A DNA stretch of 64,000 bases from the NCBI GenBank assembly GCA_965227515.1, contig CBDDFZ010000001.1:2720001-2784000 (forward strand), given 5' to 3'. This DNA comes from Alphaproteobacteria bacterium. GTDB taxonomy: Bacteria; Pseudomonadota; Alphaproteobacteria; CALKHQ01. The position numbers and the translations under genes were made by a program. Under the pieces are notes generated by a model. It made no database searches. It saw only the letters and a list, made by a program, of their open reading frames with translations, and was not told the origin of the DNA. This document shows positions 1 through 8,504 of this stretch, piece by piece; positions within the stretch are counted from its first letter, which is position 1, and every line of letters begins with the position of its first letter.

Positions 1-2
1 TC

Positions 3-1844
3 GATCAGATATTCGGCGGCAACGGCAACGACCAAATCCATGGAGACGAGGGCGGCGATCATCTCTATGGCATCGACGGCGATGACGAGATGTACGGCGA
101 TGCCGGCGACGACTACATGCGCGGTGGCAGTGGCCTTGACTTCATGTATGGCAACTCCGGCAACGACGCATTGTACGGCGATGCAGATCGAGACAACCTC
201 TACGGCGAGGATGGCGATGACACGCTGGACGGCGGGCGCGGCAATGACGAGCTTGTAGGCGGCATCGGCGCGGACTTCTTCGACCACGAGGGCATCGGCG
301 ACCAGGTCACCGAGTTCCAAAACGGCGGCGTCGATATCGTCCTCGACTACAGCTACGCCGATGGCGATGTGGTACGCGGCAACAGTTTCAGCTTCGTCGG
401 CGGGGACACGCACGTCTTCGACGACCGCGGTAATCTGATCTTCGTCCTGTCAGATTACAATCCCGCCGATGGCATTCGGCTGCGGACGTTCGGTGCCGGC
501 GAACCCACGGCAAATGCCGATCCGGTCGCTGCAGACGATGCGTTCGTCACCGACCAGGCCGTGTCGGTCGCCGGCAATGTGCTGGCGGACAACGGCTTTG
601 GTGTCGACAGTGACCCCAATGGCGATCCGCTGAGCGTTATTGCGGCGAGCTTCGTCACATCCAATGGCGGCACTGTCGCGCTGCTCGCCGACGGCAGCTT
701 CAGCTATGCACCGTTGGCCGGCTTCGTCGGCGCGGACAGCTTCGACTACACGCTCGAGGACGGCGAAGGCGGCAGCGACACCGGCACCGTCACGATCACC
801 GTCGAGGCCGTTGCGACTAACAACGATCCGGTGGCCGCCGACGATATTTTCACCGTTACGTCCGGCTACTCATTTTCGGGCAATGTGCTGGCCGACAATG
901 GCAATGGCGCCGACAGCGATCCCGATGGCGACACGCTCAGCGTGGTTGCGGCCGACACGCCTACCGACAGTGACGCGTACTTCGAACTGGCCGCGGACGG
1001 CAGCTTCTACATCGACCTCGGCGAAACCGGCGATTACACCGGCACCATCACTGTCGATTACACGCTCCTGGACGGCCAGGGCGGCAGCGACACCGGTACC
1101 GTGACGATCGAGATCACGGAATTTGATCCCACCGCCTTCGGCACACCCGGCGATGACAGCATGACGGGGACGTCGGCCGACGACACCATGGATGGGCTCG
1201 CCGGCAACGACACGATCATCGGCCTGGACGGTGCAGATACCATCTGGGGCGGCGAGGGCGACGACCTGATCTGGGGCGATGCCGACGATTGGGGCAGCGC
1301 CACCGGTGGGAACGACATTCTGTTGGGCGGCGGCGGTTTCGACCGCATCTTCGGCGGCGAGGGCGCCGACATCATCCGCGGCGGCGAGGGCGGCGACCAC
1401 CTCTACGGCATCAATGGCGACGACCTGCTGTTCGGCGATGAGGGCGACGACTACATGCGCGGGGGCAGCGGCGGCGACCATATGCAGGGCGGCGCCGGCA
1501 ATGACGGGCTCTACGGCGATGGCGACCGCGACGACCTCTATGGCGAGGACGGCGACGACATCCTGGACGGCGGGCGTGGCATCGACAATCTGGAGGGCGG
1601 AGCGGGCGCCGACTTCTTCGACCATGAGGGCATCGGCGACCAGGTCACCGATTTCCGCAACGGCGGTGTCGACTGGATCGTCGACTACAGCTTCGCCGAG
1701 GGCGACACCGTGCGCGGCGACAGCTACGCGGTCATCGGTTTCGACACCCATGTGTTCGACGACCAGGGCAATCTGATCTTCGATATCTCGGGTTATGACG
1801 CCGACGCCGACGGCATCGCGCTGGTACCGTTCGCGACGAGTTAG
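3..1844 (+). CDS. RTX (Ca-binding nonapeptide) protein with Ig/cadherin-like domains; probable T1SS substrate, 5' end outside window
   Basis: Frame open from window start; many GGxGxDx(L/M) repeats, two 'PVAADD...DSDPxGD.LSV...DGSF.Y...YTL.DG.GGSDTGTVTI' Ig-like modules, very acidic. Confidence 0.9.
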   Translation, partial: DQIFGGNGNDQIHGDEGGDHLYGIDGDDEMYGDAGDDYMRGGSGLDFMYGNSGNDALYGDADRDNLYGEDGDDTLDGGRGNDELVGGIGADFFDHEGIGDQVTEFQNGGVDIVLDYSYADGDVVRGNSFSFVGGDTHVFDDRGNLIFVLSDYNPADGIRLRTFGAGEPTANADPVAADDAFVTDQAVSVAGNVLADNGFGVDSDPNGDPLSVIAASFVTSNGGTVALLADGSFSYAPLAGFVGADSFDYTLEDGEGGSDTGTVTITVEAVATNNDPVAADDIFTVTSGYSFSGNVLADNGNGADSDPDGDTLSVVAADTPTDSDAYFELAADGSFYIDLGETGDYTGTITVDYTLLDGQGGSDTGTVTIEITEFDPTAFGTPGDDSMTGTSADDTMDGLAGNDTIIGLDGADTIWGGEGDDLIWGDADDWGSATGGNDILLGGGGFDRIFGGEGADIIRGGEGGDHLYGINGDDLLFGDEGDDYMRGGSGGDHMQGGAGNDGLYGDGDRDDLYGEDGDDILDGGRGIDNLEGGAGADFFDHEGIGDQVTDFRNGGVDWIVDYSFAEGDTVRGDSYAVIGFDTHVFDDQGNLIFDISGYDADADGIALVPFATS

Positions 1845-1882
1845 GGGCCGGGGCTAGCTCCTGGCTTGACGGAAAACCCAAT

Positions 1883-1969
1883 CGTCATGCTCGGGCTTGT
1901 CCCGAGCATCCACGTCTTTGCAACGACTGCCGCAAGGCGTGGATGCCCGCAACAAGTGCGGGCATGACG
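1883..1969. repeat. Intergenic palindromic element (REP/RIME-like) between convergent genes
   Basis: CGTCATGC...GCATGACG termini with nested hairpins; right arm is the exact reverse complement of 32 bp at 43182-43213. Confidence 0.8.
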
Positions 1970-2025
1970 GTGGAAGGTGGGGCTCTATCGAGCGCGGCGA
2001 CGACGGATAGAAGCTCGATCCACCC

Positions 2026-5000
2026 CTACGCCACGTTGACCGAGACCGTGACCACGTCGGTGTCCGTTCCGTCGGTGATCTGGTAGCTGAAGCTGTCGGA
2101 CCCGGTGTAGCCGCTGTCAGGCGTGTACTGCCAGATGCCGGTGGTCGGGTCGATGCTGGCGGTGCCGTTCGACGCCGTGCCCGACACGCTGAAGGTCAGC
2201 GGGTCGCCATCGGCATCGTTGGCGGTCACCCGCCCGTCCAGCGTGCCGTCCTGCGCCATGGAGTAGCTGGTGGTCGACGCCCAGGTCGGACCGCCATTGA
2301 CGGTCGCGCTTGAGCCGCCGGCAACCGCGTTGGCCAGCGTCGAGCCGCTGCCCTCGTCCATGTGCCAGTTGGCCACCAGGCCGTCCTCATCGCCCTCAAG
2401 TTGGCGGGCCAGGTTGTTGGAGATCTCCGCCGCATCGCGCGCCGTGTCCCACAGCCGTACGTCCGCGATTGCGCCGCCGAAGAAGTCGCCTGTCGCCAGC
2501 AGGCCCTGGTCGGCGCCGATCAGCATGCTGTCGCCGCTGTCGATGCCGTCGCTGTCGGTGGTGAACAGGTTGTCGCTCACCGAACCGTAGCCGTTGGTCC
2601 AGCCGGCGGCGCTGCCGTTCAGGTAACCGGTCACGCTGCTGGCGTTGGTGCCGGCCTCCTGGTCGATCACCATGCCGACGTGGTACCAGCCCGGCTGGGC
2701 GAGGTCGATCTGGGTCGCGGCCTGGTAGTTCTCGCCGCCCAGGGTGGCGCTCGTCGCGCGCAGCACCAGCGTGCCGTCCTCGATGGTGATGCGGTAGCCC
2801 TCGTCGGAGAGCAGGGTGCCGCCCTTGGAGAGCACCGTCTGGGTGCCGCCCGACCCGTCATAGTAGAACCACGCCTCGACCGTGAAGTCGCCGGTGCCGG
2901 GGTCGTGCGCACCGCCGGCCTGGCCGGCGTCGACATAGTCTGCGCTGCCATCCAGGTCCAGCATGCTGGTCCAGGCGGCGACCGGGGCGGCGTTGCCGCT
3001 GCTCGCGGCGGCGTCGAACTGGCGCCCGACAATGCCCGCACCGTCGCCGTCCTGTGCGTCGCTCTCCCACGCCGCGACCACGCTGCCGGTGCTAAGCGTG
3101 GCCAGGCTGATGTCGCCTTCGTTGTTCGCGGTCGTGCTGTTGATCGCGAACTCGGCGCCGACCCTGTCGCCATCGCTGTTGAAGCGCTGGGCATAGATGC
3201 CTTCGCCCGCTCCGTCCTGGCCGGTGGACTGCCAGGCGACCAGGAAGCCGCCGTCCGACAGCGCGACCACGGTCGCGGCGCCCTGGTCGCCATTGGTCTC
3301 TGTATTGACCTGGAACTCGAACTCGACCGGATTGCCGGACGTGTCGAAGCGTTGGGCGAAAACGCCGGACCCGCTGCCGTCCTGGCCGGCGGACGACCAG
3401 ACCACGACGAAGCCGCTGTCCAGGGCCGCGACGGCGGGTTCGTCCTGTGCGCCGGTCTCGGTGGTGTTGACCTGGAACTCCGCGCCCTGCGCCACGCCCG
3501 CCGCGTCGTAGCGCTGCGCGAACACGCCCCGGTCATCGGCGTCCTGGTTCTGCGACTGCCAGACGACGACAAACCCACCGTCCGACGTGCCGACCACCCG
3601 CGAATTGTACTGCTGGTTGTCGGTGGTCGAGTTGATCAGGAACTCGGTGCCCGCCGGGTTGCCGCTGGCGTCGTAGCGCTGGCCGTAGACGCCGGTCGCG
3701 CTGCCGTCCTGGTTCTGGGACTCCCAGGTCACCACGAACCCGCCGCCATCCAGGGCTGCGATGTCCGGGTTCTCCTGCATATTGAAGGTCTCGGTGTTGA
3801 CCTGGAATTCCGCGCCGGCCGGATTGCCGCTGGCGTCGTAGCGCTGGCCGAAGATACCGGCGTTGTTGCCGTCTTGATTCATCGACGTCCAGACCACGGC
3901 AAAGCCACCATCGGCCAGGGCGACGACCATGGCATCGTCCTGTGCGTTCGCGGTCTCCGTGTTGACCTGGATCTCGCCGCCGATGGCAGTGCCGCTGGCG
4001 TCATAGCGCTGGGCGAAGACGCCCTGGTTGCTGCCGTCCTGGCCGTTGCTATCCCACACCACGACATAGCCACCGTCATTGAGCGCGGCAATCGAGGGAT
4101 TGGCCTGGTCGTTCGCGGTGGTCGTGTTGACCAGGAACTCCGACCCACCGGTGAAATCGGTGGTCTCGGACTGGGCCACGACGGTGATCGAGGCGCTCTC
4201 GATGGCGCTGGAAAACAGGGTGCCGGTGGTGGTGTCAACCGGGCCCTCGCCGCTGGAGCCGAGCGACTGGTCCCACGCCTTGTAGCTGAAGGTGGCGGTG
4301 CCGTTGTAGTCGGCATCGGGCACGAAGCGGATGACCGCGGCCCCGTCCAGCAGATAGGCGGAGGTCGGATCGACCGCGCCGAACGCGCTGAACGTCGCCC
4401 CGCCGTCAGTGGAGTATTCCCAGGTGCCGTTGGCATCGTCGACACCCACGACGGCGATGCCCACGGCCACGGCGCCGTCGATATCGGTGATCGAGCCGTC
4501 GACCACGATGGACGAGACCGTGTCGCCGGCCGGCGCGGTGGTGTCCTCGGCAATGGCGCTCAGCACCGGGTTGCCGGCGGTGTCCAGCACAGGGGCGTCA
4601 TTGGCCGCGGTGACAGTGACGCTGGCGGTTTCGGTGGCCGCGGAGAACGCGGAGTTGCCGACGGTGTAGACCCCGGTGGCTCCGCTGGCCCCGGTGGACT
4701 GGTCCCACGCCTTGAAGGCAAACGTGGCGTCGCCGTTGTAGTCGGCGTCGGGGACGAAGCGAATCTGCGCGGTGCCGTCCAGCAGCAGCGCCGAGCTGGC
4801 GCTGACCGGACCGATGGCGGCAAACGTGGCACCCCCGTCGGTCGAGTACTGCCAGGTGCCGTTTGTGTCGTCGACACCAGTGATGGCGATGGCCTCGGCC
4901 ACCGCGCCATCCGGGTCGGTCATGGAACCGTCGGTCACGATGTCGGCGACGCTGTCGCCGGCCGGCGCAACCGCGTCCTCGGCGATGGCGGTCAGGACCG

Positions 5001-7737
5001 GCGTGCCCGACGTGTCCAGAACGGGTGCATTGTTGCCCGGATCGATGGTGATCGACGCGGTCTCCGCCAGCACCGAGAAGGCGGTGCCCAGGGTGGTGTC
5101 GACGCCGGTGTCGCCGGGCGAGCCGGCGCTCTGGTCCCACGCCTTGTAGGTGAAGGTGGAGGTGCCGTTGTAGCCCGGGTCCGGGACGAAGCGGATCAGG
5201 GCTGTCGCGTCCAGCAGCAGGGCCGCATTGTCGCTGACCGGACCGATGCTCGCGAACGTTGTCCCCCCGTCGGTGGAGTACTCCCAGGTGCCGTTGGCAT
5301 CGTCGACGCCGGTCACCGCGATGGCCTCTGCGACCGCGCCGTCGACGTCGCTGATCGAGCCGTCGGTGACGATGCTGGCCACGCTGTCCCCGGTGGGGGC
5401 GGCGCTGTCTTGCGCGATGGCGGTCAGGGTCGGCGTGTCGGAGATGTCCAGCACCGGCGCGTCGGCGCCCGGTGTCACGGTCAGCGTCGCGGTCTCGCTG
5501 GCGAACGAGAACGCATCGCCGATGGTGGTGTTGACGCCGTTGTCGCCGTTGCTGCCGGTCGACTGGTCCCAGGCCTTGTAGGTGAAGCTGGCGGTGCCGT
5601 TGTAGTCGGCATCGGGCACGAACCGCACCATGGCGCTGGCGTCCAGCAACAGAGCCGAACTCGCGCTGACCGGGCCGATGGCCGCGAAGGTCGTGCCCCC
5701 GTCGGTGGAGTACTGCCAGGTGCCGTTGGTGTCGTCGACGCCGGTGATGGCAATGGCTTCGGCAACCGCGCCGTCCGCATCGCTGATCGAGCCGTCGACC
5801 ACGATGTCGGCCACCGTGTCGCCGGCGGACGACACCGCATCCTCTGCGATGGCGGTCAGGTTCGGCGTGCCGGAATTGTCCAGCACCGGGGCGTCGGCCA
5901 CCGGGGTGACGACGATGGAGGCGGTCTCACTGGCGGCGGAGAACGCGGTGCCCGACGTCGTGTCGACGCCGGTGTCGCCGTTGCTGCCGGTCGACTGGTC
6001 CCAGGCCTTGTAGGTGAAGGTCGCGGTGCCGTTGTAGTCGGCATCCGGCACGAACCGGACCATGGCGGACGCGTCCAGCAACAACGCGGAATTGGCGCTG
6101 ACCGGGCCGATGGCCGCGAAGGTCGTGCCACCATCGGTGGAGTACTGCCAGGTGCCGTTGCTGTCGTCGACACTGGTGACCGCGATGGCTTCGGCAACCG
6201 CGCCGTCGGCGTCGGTGATCGAGCCGTCGACCACCAGCGCACCCACGGTCATGGCGCCCGACGCGCCGGCATCCTCGGCGACGGCGGTCAGGGCAGGCGC
6301 GCCCGAGTTGTCGAGCACCGGGGCGGTGTTGGTGGGTGTCGGCGCAGGCGGTGGCGGCGGCGTGTCGTCCTCGGCAGCGGCAACTTCGGCTTCGTCGTCC
6401 TCATCGTCCTGGGTGACGACAGGTGCTGGCGCTTCGTCGTTTGCGGCCGGCGCGAGCGTCACGGCCGGCGCCTCTTCAGCCGCGGCCTCCTCGGCCTTGG
6501 CCTCCTCGGCGGCTTCTGCCTTGCGGGTCTCTGTCACCGCCTCCTGGAAGGTGCGGGTGGCCGGCTTCTCTGCCGGCGGCGCCACGTCGTCGACCCTGGG
6601 AGTCCTGAAACCGCTGCCGCCGTCGTCGGCCGGGCCGAGGTTGAGGTCGATGCCCTCGGTGGGCGAGGTGCGGTTCTCGTTCCCGGGCTTCGGCGTCGCC
6701 GACGGCAGGATGGTCAGCGCCGACGAGAAGTAGTTGTGCATGGCGTCCGACGACAGCTCGATCGGCTCGCGCGGGCTGGCAGCGCGGCTGTAGGACTCGA
6801 CCATCAGGTTGGCGTCGGTGATCAGGTACTGGCCGCCGTCGGTGGAGACCATGATCTTGCCGACGGTGCCGTCGTCCTCGGCCAGTAGCGCCACCCGGCT
6901 GGTCTCGCCCTCGGCGGCGGCGAAGCCGGCCACCTTGGTGCCGCGCACACCGATGGTCATCGTCGGCAGCTCGATCTGCAGCGAGTCCTCATGCGCCTTC
7001 GCCGCCCGGCCGCTGACGAAGGAGAACGCGCCCTGCACGACCGACAGCAGGCCGCCGCCATCGCCGGACTCGGCGTCGTAGTGGAAATCCTCCAGCACCA
7101 TGCGGGCGTCGTTGCCGAGCGAGAACGACATGCCGTCGACGAAGCGCAGGCCCAGGCTGCCGTCGGCGCCGGTGACGACGATGTCGTCCTGCAGCACCGG
7201 CGTGCCGATTTCGAGCTGCACGCGCGACCCGTCGAAGCGGATCACCCAGACGTCGCCCACCACGTCCTCGACCTGGGCGATCGGCGTGTCCAGGTCGGTC
7301 TGGCTGGCGTCGCGCTCCGCGGTGGCGATGTCGGTGTTGAATGCGCTGCTTTCGCGCGGTGCACCATCGCCGCTGTAGCCGTGCTCCTGGGCGTAGCGCT
7401 CCTCATTGGTCATCGGCTCGACGCGCGCTTCCATGACAGGCGCGTCGCGGCTGGTGTCCGGCCCGGCCAGGATGCCGATGGTCCGGCCTGGCAATACCGC
7501 ACCGCCCAGCGCGAGGTCGGCCGGCGATGCGGACTCGAAATAGCCGACGATGCGCGCCATCGGACCGTCGGGGCCAACCACGACAAGATCCCCACCATCG
7601 CGCACGAAATCGGCCCTCAGCAGGCTGTCGGGGTCGCCCGGCACATCGATGCGCCCGGCCACACCTGCGGCGTCGATGGTTGGAATGTCAGCAATCTCTC
7701 CAAGGGAAAGGTTAGGAGAGTCGGTCGTGCCAGCCAT
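2026..7737 (-). CDS. Large surface adhesin-like protein: FecR/retention-like N-domain, 5 Ig/cadherin-like repeats, 7 x ~55-aa repeats, LamG-like domain, C-terminal Ig-like domain
   Basis: 1903-aa ORF; FecR-like 'DDIVVTGADGSLGLRFVDG...TIGVRGT'; 'APVLD.SG.P.LTAIAED' repeats; 'EFQVNT.T...Q..P..AAL..GGFVVVW.S..QDG...G.F.QRYD' repeats; 'FTVEAW...WYHV...IADVRLW' LamG motifs. Confidence 0.88.
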   Translation of the reverse strand: MAGTTDSPNLSLGEIADIPTIDAAGVAGRIDVPGDPDSLLRADFVRDGGDLVVVGPDGPMARIVGYFESASPADLALGGAVLPGRTIGILAGPDTSRDAPVMEARVEPMTNEERYAQEHGYSGDGAPRESSAFNTDIATAERDASQTDLDTPIAQVEDVVGDVWVIRFDGSRVQLEIGTPVLQDDIVVTGADGSLGLRFVDGMSFSLGNDARMVLEDFHYDAESGDGGGLLSVVQGAFSFVSGRAAKAHEDSLQIELPTMTIGVRGTKVAGFAAAEGETSRVALLAEDDGTVGKIMVSTDGGQYLITDANLMVESYSRAASPREPIELSSDAMHNYFSSALTILPSATPKPGNENRTSPTEGIDLNLGPADDGGSGFRTPRVDDVAPPAEKPATRTFQEAVTETRKAEAAEEAKAEEAAAEEAPAVTLAPAANDEAPAPVVTQDDEDDEAEVAAAEDDTPPPPPAPTPTNTAPVLDNSGAPALTAVAEDAGASGAMTVGALVVDGSITDADGAVAEAIAVTSVDDSNGTWQYSTDGGTTFAAIGPVSANSALLLDASAMVRFVPDADYNGTATFTYKAWDQSTGSNGDTGVDTTSGTAFSAASETASIVVTPVADAPVLDNSGTPNLTAIAEDAVSSAGDTVADIVVDGSISDADGAVAEAIAITGVDDTNGTWQYSTDGGTTFAAIGPVSASSALLLDASAMVRFVPDADYNGTASFTYKAWDQSTGSNGDNGVNTTIGDAFSFASETATLTVTPGADAPVLDISDTPTLTAIAQDSAAPTGDSVASIVTDGSISDVDGAVAEAIAVTGVDDANGTWEYSTDGGTTFASIGPVSDNAALLLDATALIRFVPDPGYNGTSTFTYKAWDQSAGSPGDTGVDTTLGTAFSVLAETASITIDPGNNAPVLDTSGTPVLTAIAEDAVAPAGDSVADIVTDGSMTDPDGAVAEAIAITGVDDTNGTWQYSTDGGATFAAIGPVSASSALLLDGTAQIRFVPDADYNGDATFAFKAWDQSTGASGATGVYTVGNSAFSAATETASVTVTAANDAPVLDTAGNPVLSAIAEDTTAPAGDTVSSIVVDGSITDIDGAVAVGIAVVGVDDANGTWEYSTDGGATFSAFGAVDPTSAYLLDGAAVIRFVPDADYNGTATFSYKAWDQSLGSSGEGPVDTTTGTLFSSAIESASITVVAQSETTDFTGGSEFLVNTTTANDQANPSIAALNDGGYVVVWDSNGQDGSNQGVFAQRYDASGTAIGGEIQVNTETANAQDDAMVVALADGGFAVVWTSMNQDGNNAGIFGQRYDASGNPAGAEFQVNTETFNMQENPDIAALDGGGFVVTWESQNQDGSATGVYGQRYDASGNPAGTEFLINSTTDNQQYNSRVVGTSDGGFVVVWQSQNQDADDRGVFAQRYDAAGVAQGAEFQVNTTETGAQDEPAVAALDSGFVVVWSSAGQDGSGSGVFAQRFDTSGNPVEFEFQVNTETNGDQGAATVVALSDGGFLVAWQSTGQDGAGEGIYAQRFNSDGDRVGAEFAINSTTANNEGDISLATLSTGSVVAAWESDAQDGDGAGIVGRQFDAAASSGNAAPVAAWTSMLDLDGSADYVDAGQAGGAHDPGTGDFTVEAWFYYDGSGGTQTVLSKGGTLLSDEGYRITIEDGTLVLRATSATLGGENYQAATQIDLAQPGWYHVGMVIDQEAGTNASSVTGYLNGSAAGWTNGYGSVSDNLFTTDSDGIDSGDSMLIGADQGLLATGDFFGGAIADVRLWDTARDAAEISNNLARQLEGDEDGLVANWHMDEGSGSTLANAVAGGSSATVNGGPTWASTTSYSMAQDGTLDGRVTANDADGDPLTFSVSGTASNGTASIDPTTGIWQYTPDSGYTGSDSFSYQITDGTDTDVVTVSVNVA
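4180..6330 (-). repeat. Five intragenic tandem repeats of ~430 bp (Ig/cadherin-like domains)
   Basis: Recurrent peptides GTWQYSTDGG and RFVPDADYNGTATFTYKAWDQS with highly similar DNA; boundaries approximate. Confidence 0.85.
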
Positions 7738-7978
7738 TACTATCGTTCCACTGCAGAAGTTCTCGTTGGAAAAAATTTATTTTATGAAAGTCAATCGGGA
7801 ATTAACATTTGTGGTGGATAATTTATTTACGTTTCGACGTTTAATCTAATTTTAGCGAAAACCGAGGCATATCGGCATGCCGCGCAGAGGTGCTTCGCGG
7901 CAGGAACTGAGAGACAAGATTCCGGAAAATGTTGCCAACGTTCGGCACATCGCGGCGGCCCTGGGATCGCCCTGAGCC
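7738..7978. promoter_or_regulatory. AT-rich divergent promoter region between the adhesin and the DUF3307-cyclase-T1SS operon
   Basis: Abrupt AT-rich stretch (AAAAATTTATTTTATG, ATTTATTTAC, TTAATCTAATTTTAG) in a GC-rich background, between divergent starts. Confidence 0.6.
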
Positions 7979-8503
7979 ATGATCGGAAGTGCTACCGGTG
8001 CATGCGGCCCCGTCGTCATCGAGACGTTCGCGGTTTTGGCCGTGCTGTTGTTCCTGAAGCACCTGGCCGCCGACGGTCCGCTACAGAGCAAGTACCAACT
8101 CAAGCACAAAGGCACGCTCGGGCATCCCGGCGGCCTGTTGCATGCGGGTATCCACACGGGGCTGACCGCGCTCTGCCTGGTCGGATGGCTGCTGTGGGCG
8201 CCGGTCGGGTTCCAGGCTTCGGATGGCCTGGTGATCGCGGCGATCCTGCTGGCCGAGTTCTCGATCCACTATTTCACCGACTTCACCAAGATCAAGCTCG
8301 ACCGGCATTTCGGGTGGTCCAAGGTGGAGGTCGCGCCCGACGGCACGGCGTCGCTTCGGATCAGTTCGCACGCGTACTTCATCATCTTCCTGGCTGACCA
8401 GACCGTGCATTCGTTGACCTATGTCTGGATCCTGTATGCCGTTGGCACCTGGATGGGCGGCCCCGCCGCGATGCTCAGTGCGTGCCAATGGGCTGCGGCG
8501 TGA
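7979..8503 (+). CDS. DUF3307-like membrane protein
   Basis: Motifs KH..AD..LQ, GLLHAGIH, HY.TD..K, DQ..H with hydrophobic helices. Confidence 0.8.
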   Translation: MIGSATGACGPVVIETFAVLAVLLFLKHLAADGPLQSKYQLKHKGTLGHPGGLLHAGIHTGLTALCLVGWLLWAPVGFQASDGLVIAAILLAEFSIHYFTDFTKIKLDRHFGWSKVEVAPDGTASLRISSHAYFIIFLADQTVHSLTYVWILYAVGTWMGGPAAMLSACQWAAA

Positions 8504-8504
8504 T

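Noticed and set aside
3010-6330. Repeats as CRISPR-like or diversity-generating arrays
   Set aside because: In-frame protein domain repeats; no constant repeat/unique spacer pattern, and no cas or reverse transcriptase gene
2362-6888. 1508-aa plus-strand ORF and similar long ORFs (8475-10709, 10604-14002, 44493-46046, 55992-57722)
   Set aside because: Antisense shadows of real genes caused by high GC; no motifs
7841-7855. CtrA box TTAA-N7-TTAG
   Set aside because: One mismatch in an AT-rich tract; could easily arise by chance
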